Shown here one piece after another: positions 47,401-60,436 of a stretch of DNA of 64,000 nt. The notes below the pieces were generated by a model that searched no databases, was not told the DNA's origin, and saw only the letters and a program-made list of their open reading frames with translations. The stretch is from Lama guanicoe. Its lineage: Eukaryota. The DNA lies in the NCBI GenBank assembly GCA_013239625.1, contig MU053588.1, positions 1,513,988-1,577,987 on the forward strand, in the 5' to 3' direction. Position 1 is the stretch's first letter, and every line of letters starts with the position of its first letter. A program made the position numbers and the translations under genes.

Positions 47401-50400
47401 TGCCCTATGCTGGGCAGGGTGGGGACACTGGGTGGCTGAGATGGCCCCAGGCCCTGTCCTCTTAGTAGGGGAGCTCGCAGTCCAGCGGGGGAGAGGCAGA
47501 CCTGTCCTCACAAAGTGGCAGCTCGTTATGCTCCCCCATCCCAGCCCTGGAGAAAGACTTAATGGAGACAGTAAGACTGGCACCTTTGCTCAGGCTGGGA
47601 GAGGACTGTGCCCGGCACCCTCTTTCATTTGTTCATTCCTTTCTTTATTCCTTCAGCAGCAACAACAACAGTGGCAGTAATAGTAACAGCAGCTAGCCTG
47701 ACAGGAGGGCCCACTTGGTGCCAGGCGCTGCTCTACATGCCCCGCATGGGTCGTCTCATTCGATCATCCAAACACTCACGGGAGATAGGGACTGTCATTA
47801 CCCGCAGTTTGCAGATGAGGACTCAGAGGCCCAGGGTCACTTGGTCACGGGCACACAGCTTGGCAGTGTTGCAGCGGGTCCCCGAGCCTGGGCTGTCAGT
47901 CTGCTCTTCGTCACCAACTGCCTGCTGAGTCCTTGTCCGGGCACAGTCTGTGCGAAGGCCTGGAGCGGGGAGGACAGCACTGCGAGTGGCCAGAACACAG
48001 AGAGCAGGGCTGCTCCTCGCTTCCCACACAGCCGACTCCAGGCCCTGCTCCCCAAGGCCAGGGTGACCCCCTGATCTGTGTCTTTTTATGGGATTCCATT
48101 CATTGTGGGGACTCAGATTGCTGGTGGCGCACCCCCAGGATGACTTGCCTCTTGCCCGTAGTCAGAAGATGCTGCCACTTGCTCAGGTTTCCAGCCTAGG
48201 CAGCGTGGTGCGGAGGGCCTGGGGAAGTGGGCTCCCAGCTGGGCGCCACTCGTGGTGTTGGAAACACACACCAGCTTATTCACTGAATAGCCAGATTCGG
48301 TCTGTAAAGAGGCCCAGTTCCTTTGCAGGCATCCAGGTCAGGCTTCCAGGCATTGTGGACAGGCCTTGGAGACCCCATCTGCACTCTGCCCTCACCAGCT
48401 TTCCCTGCCTCTCCTCTGGGTCCAGCCTCATCACTTTGGCAAAGGCATCACTCATGTGTTGCACAGACGTTTCCTGGGCACCTACTGTGTGCCGGGCCCT
48501 GCTCCAGATGCCAGGGGTATGGCGAGAACAAGACAAATGCCCTTGCTCTCAAGGAACCAATATTCCACTGGGAGGAGGGGAAGGGAGGGGAGGGGACCAA
48601 CAGTCAACAGGTATTTAATACCAGATGGTCCTGAATGCCATGGAGAAGTAGAAAGTAGGGGTGCAGATTTTGTCAGGGAGTCAGGGAAGGCCTCTCAGAG
48701 GAGGCTTTATTTGCACTGAGACCTGAATATCAGGAAAGGGTGAGACATGCAGCTCTGGACAGTGGGGACCGAGGGTGCAAAGGCCTGAGGCTGGAACAAG
48801 CTTGATGTGTCCAAGACTGAAAAGGAGGAGACCAGCACGATTGGGGTGCAGTGCGGGAGGCGGGAGGCCCCAAGGTGGTCAGGGCCTTGTTAAGTCACGG
48901 AGGAGCCGGAAGCCCTTGGAGAGTTTGATTTGTTTCCCATTTTTTCAGAGTCCCTCCTAACTAAGGCAAGTCCTGATCTTGGTCCTGGTCATCGGAAGTA
49001 GAGTTGTCTCTGCCCATGTTCTTGTCCCACAAGCCTCTGGGGCAGCAAGGCCTTCTCCGTGGGTCAGAGTGGACGCCTTTGTGCCCTGGTGCTGGGCCAT
49101 CCTGGGCAGTGACTTCCCTTCTTTGGGCCTCAGTTTCCTAGGTCGGGAAACAGGAAGGAAGAGAGCTCTGCCCACAGACCCAAGAACAGTTGAGAGGGTT
49201 CTGTGCAGCCTGGTCTGCCTGCATTGCGCAGGCCGGGCCAGAGTCAGCGCTGAAATACATGTGCGTCCTCTCCATCCGCTCAGCAGCCGCAGAGGGGCAA
49301 CCTGTAACCCACCAGAACGTGGCTCCTGCCTGCACCGAGCCACCGGCTTATCCTGGAGACAACAGTAGACGCAGTCATAACTGTATAACATGTTAGGTGA
49401 TGCTAAGGACAGAGGGAGAATGGACCGGGTGCCAGAATGTGCCAGGCTCTGGGGGATGTGGTGATGGGCAAGATCAGACCAGGCGCCCACCCCCGTGGAG
49501 CTCACGTTCCCGCTGTTAGACAAGGTGGTGTCAGTCCTTGGCAATGCTGCCATCTTGCCTTCACAGCCTACCCAGAACCTGCCTGTTCCTTCCCCTCCAC
49601 GGCCTCACGTGGACCCGTCCACCCTCTTCTCCTGATGGACTATCACATCTTCCTCCTTCTTGGTCTCCCTACTCTGTCCTGTCCTGCCCTGCCCTGCCCT
49701 GCCAGTCTGTCCCCACATGCAGCCAGAGGGAGCCTGTAAATACCTGAGTCAGGCCACGCCCCTCCCCAGCTCAGAACCTACCCATAGCTCCATCGCACTC
49801 AGGTAAGAGCCTGAGTCCTCCCTGTGGCCCACAAGTTCCCACATGATCTGCCCTCCTCTCTCACCCCTCGCTCACCATGCCTAGCCACTCGGCCTCCTCT
49901 GTGCTCTTTGACCACATCAGGTGTGTTCCTGCCTCAGGACATTTTCATGGGCTGTTCCCAATGCCTGTGTGCTCTTGCTCCGAGTATCCACAGGGCTCCC
50001 TCTTCTCCCCAATCGGGTCTCTGCTCACTGCTCAGCTAGGTCCCCCTGACCATTTCATTGACTATTCCAACCTTTCCTCCCCCCAACCCCTACTGTATTC
50101 TCAGCACTTATCATCCAACTTGCTAGCTATTTTTCTGATTTATCTCACTTATTGACAGTCTCCTTTCCCCTAGAATGTGAGTTCTGCAAGGGCAGGATAT
50201 TCCTGGCTGTTCAGGCCTCCGCTATCATCCCTGCCCCGGGCCGGTCCAAGATCAGCCCTCAGTGGACAGTGATGATTGGACAAATGGGTGGGTGTGTGAG
50301 TGTGATGGGTCACATGTGGATAGAGTAAGTGCCAAGGAGGGGCTTGGGCATATGTCAGTCCCAAAGTTTAAGGAAGGGTCTAGGGGGGACGTGGTACCTG

Positions 50401-53400
50401 AGGACTCCTCGCAGGAACTAAGCTCAGAGCAGGAGGCCTGAAGAGAGGTTTGGATGGGAGAGGGGGCCACATAAGTGGGCAGTAGGCGCTGAGCAAAAGT
50501 GTAGGGGGGAAGGGCGTGGAGGCTTTGGGGGGCAGGGAGAGCCTGCTGCGGGCCACCAAGGTAAGTCAGACTCCCCCTCCATCATCAAGGAAGGGGGAAA
50601 CTAAGGTAGCGAGGGGGCTTCTGGAGCTGGTAGGTGAAGATCGTGGCGGAAAGGTGAATGGGAGCCCAGGCTGGAGAGCAGGCTGGGGACAGTGAGCGCT
50701 TCTGCATCGTCCCCTTCCTGCACTGGTTTCATTTTGGTGAATACCAAAGGACAGCTATAACCCCTGCGGCATCCTCTGACCTGCCCCTGCACTACAGGTT
50801 CAGCCCCTCCACTGCCCGTGATTGGGGAGCTTTATGCAGAAGCCTGCAGGGGCAGGCTGGGGCGGGGGGAAGGAGTTCTGCGCACACGCACACGCACTCA
50901 CACTTCCCAGACACTTTGTCACTCCACTTTGTCTCGCTCTCCCCTCTGCATTGATTTCCTTGGTGGGGGGAATGGTGAAACGATGGCCGTTTTTCTCATG
51001 AAAGGTCAGAAGGTAGGACACGTGACGTGAGCACAGGGAGTGACAGAAAATGTGAAGCTTTTGCTAGGACAGATCGGAAACTGCCCTTCCTATATGTTAA
51101 ATAATCCAAAAGCCTTTTTTTTTTAATTGAAATAAACATTCTAGAGTAGGATGGAGACATGCTTGAGTTTGGGGAATCAGACACCGGACTTCAGAGGCAT
51201 CGGGCTCTGGCTGGTGGCCGCGGGCTGCACGCTGTCCTCCTTTGTTCTGTGTCACTGGGGTCACCGCTTCACCCTCTGCCTCTAGATTGCAAGGGTTTCT
51301 CTGCCAGAGTTTTACAAGTCCTTCCTGGGCAGAGTCTGAGGTGTCCAAGCGGGTGGGTAACGTAGCAGGTACAGGGGAGTGTGTTCATTCACCATGTGTT
51401 CCATGCCTGCTGTGGGCCATGCGGTGTTGTAGGAGTTGGGGTACAGCGGGGAGCAGGACGCAAGGAGCTGACATTCTAATGGGAGAAGCAGACACTGAAG
51501 AATTACACACACACACACACACACGGTGAGTAAGGCAAGGAAAGAGGCATAGAGAGGGTGACAGGACAGGAACAGGGACACTTGAACACAGATGTGGGTG
51601 GAAGGAAGGAGGGGAGGAGCCATGTGCAGATCAGTGAGAAGAGAGTCCGCGCAGCGGGGGCAGACTGCCAGTGCAAAGGTAGGGGCATGTCTTGGGTTTG
51701 AAGAACAGCGTGGAGGCCCAAGTGGCCGGGGCAAAGTGAGCGAGGGGGCTTGTGGGAGGAGAGCAGGACCTCGTGGGCTACGGGGAAGAGCCTTGAGGGC
51801 GAGCAAAGTGTTCAAGGATGCTGACTCTGTAATGGATCTGACCATCTTCCAGGCCCACCTCTGCTTCATGACCTTAGCAAGAGATTCACCTTTGTGAGCC
51901 TCAGTTTCCACATCTGCAACACGAGGGTGAGAATAGCCACTCCACCAGAGTGCGGGGAGCCAGTGCTGAGCATTGGCATTTGCGCAGGGTCGTGGGTCCC
52001 CTCCCTTCCCCGCAGTGGTGGTGGGGGTGTGAGTTTCTGGGGCTGAGCTTCAGTAAGCCACATTCGGTGGCGGGGACTGATTCTTGGACATCTTTTCCAG
52101 TGCAGACTGATACCCCAAAGGCCTGTGGAAAAGGTGAATAAGGAGCCCTGGGGTGGTGGGGGGAGGTGGTGGTCAGAACCCCACTTTGTGCTGCCTCCCA
52201 CTACCCCTGGGGGGCTGGGACAGGTCAGAGTGGAGGTGAGGACCCTCAGCTCCAGGAGGGCTCAGGGCAGGAGAGGAAAGGCCAAGTCTGGTTGTGGAGA
52301 GAAGATGGGGAGAGAGGGAGGAAGGGAAGGAGACAAGGACGAGACTTGGAGGAGATGAGGAGGAAGAGGATGATAAAAACAAAAGCACCTCCACAAGCCC
52401 ACGGGCGTGGGACAGGCGGGTAAGAGCCTAGACTTTAGTCCCCCAGCTGCCCGTGTTCAGATCCTGGGTGCCCTGAACAAGGTTTCTCCCCTCTGGGCCT
52501 CAGTCTCCCACCTGTGAACTGGGGACGATGAGAGTGCCTGTCTCACAGGTGGCAGTGAGGGTGGAATGCGATTAGACAGAGCCCCAAGCAGGGCCGGGCA
52601 CACACGAATCTCCAAGGACACAGCTGCTGTAATTCTAAGAACCGGCGGAGCCCGGGCTCTGGGTGAGACGGGCCTGGAGCATCATGTCCACTCTGCATCC
52701 CAGGCTACGGGCCCCGGGTGAGTGGGGCGCCTTCTCTGTGCCTCGTCTTCCTCATCTGTAACACCAGGCCCATAATGGCACCTTCCTCCAGAGTCAGGCA
52801 TGCAGATTGAATGAGGGCCTCCTGGTCAGGTGCTTAGGAGAGGGGCCGGCACGGTAGGGGTTCAGTAAGTGTTGCTGCCACTGTGATGGTGACTGGCGTT
52901 ACCGAGCACTTCCTTACTGTGTGCGCTGTCCCTGTCCCTGGGGCCAGGCCCCCAGTGCCTGCGTTCTCTGTGACTTCGTCTAAGAGCTCCAAGAAGCAGG
53001 TACTGTCATGGTCTTCCTTTAACAGAGGAGGAAACTGAGGCACAACGCAGCTGAGCCACTGGTCCAGGGCCACGCGGTGAGCCCCCAAGGCAGGTGGGTC
53101 ACCCCACTTCACAGGCACAGAAAGTGAGGCAGCAGAGTGTGTGGCAGCGGTGGTGGCCAGCTCTGAACTTGCCCAGGAACCCCAGCGCCCACTCTTCACC
53201 CACCCTGCTCCTGGCACAGGTCCCTACCTTTGTGTGGCAGCTCCTCTCCCTTCTCCTCTGCAGGCCCCATACAGTCCATATCTTGGGGACTTGATGGGAA
53301 GGGGGCGGGGGCGGGGGTCTGGTCAGGGGAACCAGCTGTGTTGGAGCTGCCCCAGGGTGGGGCTCCCGCCTGATCATTATAAACACAGTCAGTTCCTCTG

Positions 53401-54730
53401 TTTGTCCTGCCCTCCATGCAGCGCCCAGAGGGAAGGGGTGGCCCCAGGCAAATATCCGGAGGTGTGCCCCTGAGTCCCCTTCGCCTGCAGTGGCATGCAG
53501 CTAGGGGCGGGCAGGCCAGCTGCGATGCGCAAGCAGTGCTCAGAGCTTTATGGGTGGGGGTCCTGGGTTGGCTGCCCCATCTTCCAGGCTGCCTCCTACG
53601 CACTCTGACTGGATCCTGAGCTCCTCCCTTCCCTGGGTTTAGTGAGGGGTCATGTGGCTAATCCTATTCCTGAGGAGGGCTTGGAGCTGACTTGGTGCCC
53701 ACAGGCCCTGAGCTGGGGGGTGGAGGATGGGCAGGTCCAGTGAGAGAGGCCACAGTGAGTGAGGAGTGAGGCTGGGGCCAAACAGGGGCACATGTGGGAA
53801 GACAGAGGAGGTGATAGAACATGGGGCATAGACCTGGAGTGATAGCAGGGGTGATGGGGGAGGGTCGGGGTGTAGGGATGAGGCTAGGGGCTGGAACTGA
53901 AAGGGCCGAGAGCAGAGAAGCCTGGAGAGAAACAGGGTAGGTCAGGGCCACTGGTAGATAGGCCAGGCCAGAAGCCTGGGAGCAGAGGACGGACAGTGTT
54001 CTGGGGGCCAGAATTGGGGAGAGACACTGAAGGGCTCCTGGCTTGGTAGGGATCAGAGAAGAGGCAGAGGGCCCCCACCCTGGCCAGGGCAGCCAGGGAA
54101 ACTGGACCCGCTGGCAGAGCCCTGGCTCTGGCCACCTGCTGGCCAGGAGGTCCAGGCCAGTTGAGACAGGTTGGCTGCTGGGTCCCCACCCGCCTCCCGC
54201 TGGGCTCCCGCTGCCAAACCGGTTCTCCTGGCTGGCTGCCCACTGATAGTCCTGCCTCTGGGCCAGGGGTGGCAGCCTCTTCGTCCTCACCTCACAGAGC
54301 TGCTCCTACAGGAAAGAAGCCAGGAGGGGAACCAGGGGCTGCGGGGGCCACATCCCAGACACGCTCGTGAGCATCCTCACTGGGTCACAAGACTTACTGA
54401 GCTCGGGGCTGACCCTGTGCTGGGCACTGTGCCAGGCACTGAGGAGCCAGCCATGAACCAGACATGATCCCTACCCAGTGCATTTCCCCATGTCCTCTGG
54501 ATCTCAGCTCACATGGCCCCTCTTCTGGGAAGCCTCCCCTCACCTCATCCGCATCCTGCCATCCCTCTGGGCTGGGTCTGGGACCCTGGAACCCCAGCCC
54601 CAATCACTCTGGGCTGTCTGTCCGAGGCTGGTCCATCACCACTGTATCCCTGGTCAGCCAGCACAAGGCTGGACACAAAGGAGTGAGTTATTACTGAATG
54701 AATGAATGATGTTTTCTTCCCCTTTTACAG

Positions 54731-54804
54731 ATGAGTAACCCGAAGCCCCAAGAGGAGACGTCACCTGCCAGAGGGCACTTCTAGCACAGCCAGCATCGAA
54801 CCAG
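54731..54804 (+). other. PAK4: PAK4 alternative 5'UTR cassette exon derived from an antisense MIR
   Basis: Acceptor ttttcttccccttttacag and donor CAG|gtctgt; 74 nt. The sequence atgagtaacccgaagcccc...gagggcacttct resembles a segment recalled from human PAK4 cDNA 5'UTR. Confidence 0.7.
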
Positions 54805-56160
54805 GTCTGTGGCATCCAGGGCTCCTATGTGGGGGACAGGGGAGCAGCGCCTGGGGCCCCTCCTCCTCAGGCGCTGCTCCGAGTAACCCTAATCATCAGA
54901 AGAGCAAACGCCAACAGGGCCCTCGCTCCTGCCCAGCCCTGCGCCCAGCCCTGCTCGTATTAACTCCTTAATCCTCCCAGCAGCTCCATGGGAGTTGATC
55001 CAGGGCACAGCCAGTTTAAGTCACTTGCCCAGGGTCACTTGTAGTAGACGGCAGAGAGATTTGCACTCTAGCCATCTGGCTCCCCTGCCTGTCATTTCTC
55101 TGGTCCCGCTGTGGGGACATCACCATCATGCATGTCCCCTTTGGCCCTTTTGGTTTTTAAATCAGATTTCAGTGTGCATTTATGCAGCACCTGGTACTTC
55201 TCGGAGTATTGGAGTGGAGACCACAGACTCTAAGGACAGGGACTGTTTGGTCTGTTAGTTTCTATAATGAAGCGGATTTTTCCCCGCTATGTGATCTTGG
55301 TGAGGAACTTTCCTCCTCTGAGCCTTAATCTTCATCTGTAAAATGGGAATGTTGCAGTGAGGCTGCCTAGTGTTCACGCATAGAATGGGCTCAGTGACCA
55401 TTTGTTGAGCAGGTAACCAAAGGTGTGTGGTGTTCCTAGCCCAGAGTCCTGGCTGGGAAATCAGGGATGCTGGTGGCAGGTCTTTGGGAACCAGTCATTG
55501 AACACACGCTGTGTGCCAGGGTTAGGGTGGGACATGTGGAAACTGGGCAGGTGAAACCTGGCCAGGGGTGCTAAGAGTCTAGTGATGGGGGTATAAATGT
55601 TGAATTAGTAAATACAAGATGGAATAGCAGAATTTCCAGAAATTAAGCATGCTATGAAATGATGTACTGGGAGGACAGTGGGGCACGGGGGCTTTTTTTC
55701 TTTGTCAGGAAAGGTGTCACCAATGACTGACGCCTGAAGGAGGGGAGGGAGGGAGCCATGTGTGAATACCAGGGAAGAGTGCTCCCTGCAGAGGGAACCG
55801 CCAGTGCAAAGGCCCTGAGGTTTGGAAGCCAGTGTGAGCGAGAGGGAGAGATGAGAGCTGAGAGGTGATGGGGCAGGTCTTGTGGAGTGGGCCACAAGTA
55901 GGACTCGACTTTCCTGAGTGAGGTGGAGCCCCAGGAGGGCTCTGAACAAGGGACCTGACTCGGGTGTTCATGGGGTCCCTAGGCTGCATGTGGGGGGCAG
56001 ACTGTACAGGGCAGGGGGAGTGGGGAGACCAGGGAAGAGAGGAGGGAGTACGGAGCGCAGGCAGGGCCAGAGATGGGCAGGTTCTGGTGAGCAGCCCCCT
56101 CCTGCAGGCCTGCCAGCCGGAGCCCAAGTCTACACCCTCGCGCGCTTAAAGCCTGGCACC

Positions 56161-56364
56161 ATGTTTGGGAAGAAGAAGAAACGGGTCGAGATCTCGGCGC
56201 CATCCAACTTCGAGCACCGCGTGCACACGGGCTTCGACCAACATGAGCAGAAGTTCACGGGGCTGCCCCGCCAGTGGCAGAGCCTGATCGAGGAGTCTGC
56301 TCGCCGGCCCAAGCCCCTTGTCGACCCCGCCTGCATTACCTCCATCCAGCCTGGGGCCCCCAAG
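56161..56364 (+). CDS. PAK4: PAK4 coding exon 1: basic NLS, CRIB/GBD and pseudosubstrate
   Basis: [26 protein letters not shown]...RRPKPLVDP...GAPK; gcaccATG; donor AAG|gtatgt; 204 nt. Likely acceptor cctgcag ending at 56107. Confidence 0.98.
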
Positions 56365-57376
56365 GTATGTTGGCAGCCACCACCATCTCTTTGGACCCAT
56401 GCCAACCCTCACAGGGGGACCCCATCCCTCGATCCCATACTCTGGGGCCAACACCTCCTCCAAACAGACCTCTAGACGCGCCAGCCGTCCCCCTCATCCT
56501 CACTCCCGACACTGGCCTTTCACTCACACCTCCACCCCCTAATCCCTCACTTGGCCTCTCAACACTGACCGCCTTACCTTCCCAAGAACCCCACAGTGAC
56601 CTTGACCCCTCGACTGTCCCCCCACACCAGCCCCAAGTCGTGGTCAGAGGAGCCTCACGCACTGAGTTCTGTGCTCCTGTCCCCAGTACCGCAGACTTGT
56701 CCTCGGGCCATCGCGCGGGGAGGGACTGGCCTATTCCCACATGGTGACTGCCCCAGCAGGTCAGGGCTGGGCTGGGGGAACCCAGAGAGGGCACCTGACC
56801 CAGCCCCGGGATCCAGGCCTGCTTCTTGGGATGAGGCTTGTGGGATAAGGGGGAGGAGGAGTCATTGAGGCAAGTGGTGAGGAGGCAGGGCATCTAGTGG
56901 AGGAACCCGCCCACGTGAAGCATTGTGGGTGGGGGTTGGTTTGGTTTTTTTTTTCCCCTGCCATCTTAAGCAAAAGGACAGAATTGGGATTTGAAGCAAG
57001 TTCTGTTTCCAAGGCTCATGCTCTTAATCCCTTTCCTGTCTCCGAGGTCCTGGCTCCCGGGTGTGGCCTCTCAGGCTGGTCTGAGGGCAAGGGCTACAGC
57101 CTGGACTTTATCCAAAGGGCAGTGAGAAACCTGGAAGGGCTGCGGGCCAGAGGATCGCAGCCAGAGTTGTTCCGAGGGGCGGGGATGGGCGTGCCGGTCA
57201 GCAGGCCCAGCGCCCCGGGGCAGGCCTGTGGCTGACTCATCCTCTCCCAGTGCCTGGCCAAAATGGGCAGAGAGGTGCAGGCGCTCTCCCCCTACGGCCT
57301 CCATCTGGCAGCCCACCAATGTGTGCATGTGCTCCATGCAGGGGGCTTTTGGATACTTTGAATTCTTTGCCACTGC

Positions 57377-57775
57377 CTAAAAAAGCAAGAGACTTCACGT
57401 CCAAATCTATATTTCTGGCTTCTCCCAACCAATGGGCTGGGGCCACTAGAGGGGCAGCTGCCTCCGTAGGCTGGACACTGGCTCTTCTGGGTCCACAGGC
57501 CCCACCCAGCCCCCCCAGCTCCACCCCTGACCCGGCCCCGGGGGCCCCCCTAAAACTAAGCCCCTCTTTGCCCGACTAAAAAAGCAAGAGACTTCACGTC
57601 CAAATCTATATTTCTGGCTTCTCCCAACCAATGGGCTGGGGCCACTAGAGGGGCAGCTGCCTCCGTAGGCTGGACACTGGCTCTTCTGGGTCCACAGGCC
57701 CCACCCAGCCCACCCAGTTCCATCCCTGACCTGGCCCAGGGCACCTCCTAAAATCTAGCCCCTGCTTAGCCTGCC
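57377..57775 (+). repeat. Tandem duplication, 199-bp period, in a PAK4 intron
   Basis: 'ctaaaaaagcaagagacttcacgtcc...' starts at 57377 and 57576; the first ~130 bp are identical and the tails diverge. Confidence 0.92.
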
Positions 57776-59250
57776 AGCCATGAGCTCTATCTGGGACGGT
57801 GTCTGCCAGGAGGAAGGGGCACTTTGTCTTAAGTCACACAACAATGCCACATGGGCTCACTGTCCTGGGGCCCCATGGGCACTTGTGTTTGCTGCCTTTG
57901 GTTGAGAATCTCCCTAGTCATCCCAGATCCGACCCTGACCCCCAGGGACTTCTCGACCTCTTATTCCAGCACCAGAGTCTGACCAGGTGTCTCCCTTGCT
58001 TCACTGAGGCCCTGGACAAGGATGGGCAGTTCTGGCTTTAGGATGTCTGACAGCCCCTGTCCCTGACTGCTGGTGATTGACAGCACAGGGCTGAGGACAT
58101 GTTCTCTCCTCCCCGCAGCCTCCTCCCAGCCGGCCTCACTCACTTACTCAGGGATTCAGCAAACATTTATTAAGCACCTTCTGCATATCAGCTGCTGTTC
58201 TAGGTACTAGACGTAGCCAAAGCAGAAACAGACAGGAAAAAAAAATGGCTACCCTCAGGAACATTGTGCTGGGGGAACAGACAGTTGGACAGCTATATGC
58301 GTGCTTTATGTTAGCTGGTTTCAAGTGCCCTAGAAAAGAAGAAAGCGGGGTAGGGAGACAGGAGGTGTTAGTTTAGACTACGGGTTGTTAGCAAAAGCCT
58401 CCCTCTGAGAAACGGAGTTTTGAGCAAAGACTTGAAGACGGGGTGGGGAGGGATCCCTGGGCAAACATGGGGGAAGATGTTCCAGGCAGGGAGAACAGCC
58501 AGTGCAAAGGCCCTGAGGTTGGTGCATGTCTGGTGTTTTTGAGGAGTAGTGAGGAGACCCATGTACCTGGAGCTGAGTGAGGGTCAGGGGGAACCCTGGA
58601 GGCTCTGACCCGGGTGGCGGCCATGGCGGGTGAGGCCTGGGTAGATTTGGGACACGCTTTACGTGGGCATTTGTATTTACCCCCACTCCTGGGGCACTCC
58701 TACCCTCTACTTTGGGGTCAATCCTTTCTGACTCTCCCTTTACCCCACCCTCAGCCTCCAGGGAAACAGAGAGCATGGTTTGGGGTTAACAGCCCTGGGC
58801 AGGCTGCAGGGGAGGAAGTGCCAGGCTGGGCCCTGGCTGCAGCATCCTGTAATTTGCAGCTCTTCGGGGCTGATTATGGGGTGGCGTGGCCTCTGCCCTC
58901 CTTCCCCTCCACCACTCAGGGCAGGGACCGCCCCCCAGCCTGGAGCTCAAGAGAAAGACTGGGTGCTTTTCAAGGGAACATCCAGCCCGGGGGCAACAGC
59001 CTGACTGATGGGAAGGTCCTCCTTCAGGTCCCCTCTTGTGACCCATGACTAGGTGCTGGGGGCGGGGCTGCAGGGGCCTCCCTGGTGCTGCCCCTGCCCT
59101 CCCAGCCCCATCATCACCCCATGGCATTTCTTCATTCCGTCTCTGTCTTGTCTCTGTGTGTGCTGTATTGTCTTGTCCCTGTGTGTCGGATACACGTCCT
59201 GTGTTCCCCTCCTTACCCGGCCCCCACCCCGCCATTGCCCCGCATCCCAG

Positions 59251-59712
59251 ACCATCGTGCGGGGCAGCAAAGGCGCCAAGGATGGGGCCCTCACGCTGCT
59301 GCTGGACGAGTTTGAGAACATGTCGGTGACACGCTCCAACTCCCTGCGGAGAGACAGCCCGCCGCCACCCGCGCGTGCCCGCCAGGAAAACGGGATGCCC
59401 GCGGAGCAGGCCGCCATGGCCAGAGGGGGCCCAGAGAAGGCGGGCGGCCAAAGCCGGGTTGCTGGTCGCCACGAGGCAGGTGGCACCAGTGGTGACAGGC
59501 GGCGGGCAGGGCCGGACAAAAGGCCCAAGTCTTCCAGGGAGGGCTCAGGGGGCCCTCAGGAGTCCTCCCGGGACAAGCGCCCCCTCTCTGGGCCCGACGT
59601 CGGCACCCCCCACCAGCCTGCCGGTCTGGCAAGCGGGGCGAAAGTGGCAGCTGGCCGGCCCTTTAACACGTACCCACGGGCCGACACGGACCACCCATCC
59701 CGGGGCGTCCAG
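59251..59712 (+). CDS. PAK4: PAK4 coding exon 2 (TIVRGSK...HPSRGVQ)
   Basis: Contains SVTRSNSLRR and RPFNTYPR; acceptor atcccag, donor CAG|gtaacc; 462 nt, phase 0-0. Confidence 0.97.
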
Positions 59713-59728
59713 GTAACCGAATCCCTAG

Positions 59729-60436
<708 letters not shown>

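Noticed and set aside
35013..54290. Several 170-220 aa intronic ORFs (e.g. 35013, 41565, 45256, 46488, 48957, 51312, 53664)
   Set aside because: No recognisable protein motifs or consistent exon structure; several overlap MIR or L2.
55918..56107. Unspliced N-terminal extension of PAK4 in the ORF track
   Set aside because: Starts at a non-ATG codon in L2-derived intron sequence upstream of the acceptor at 56107.
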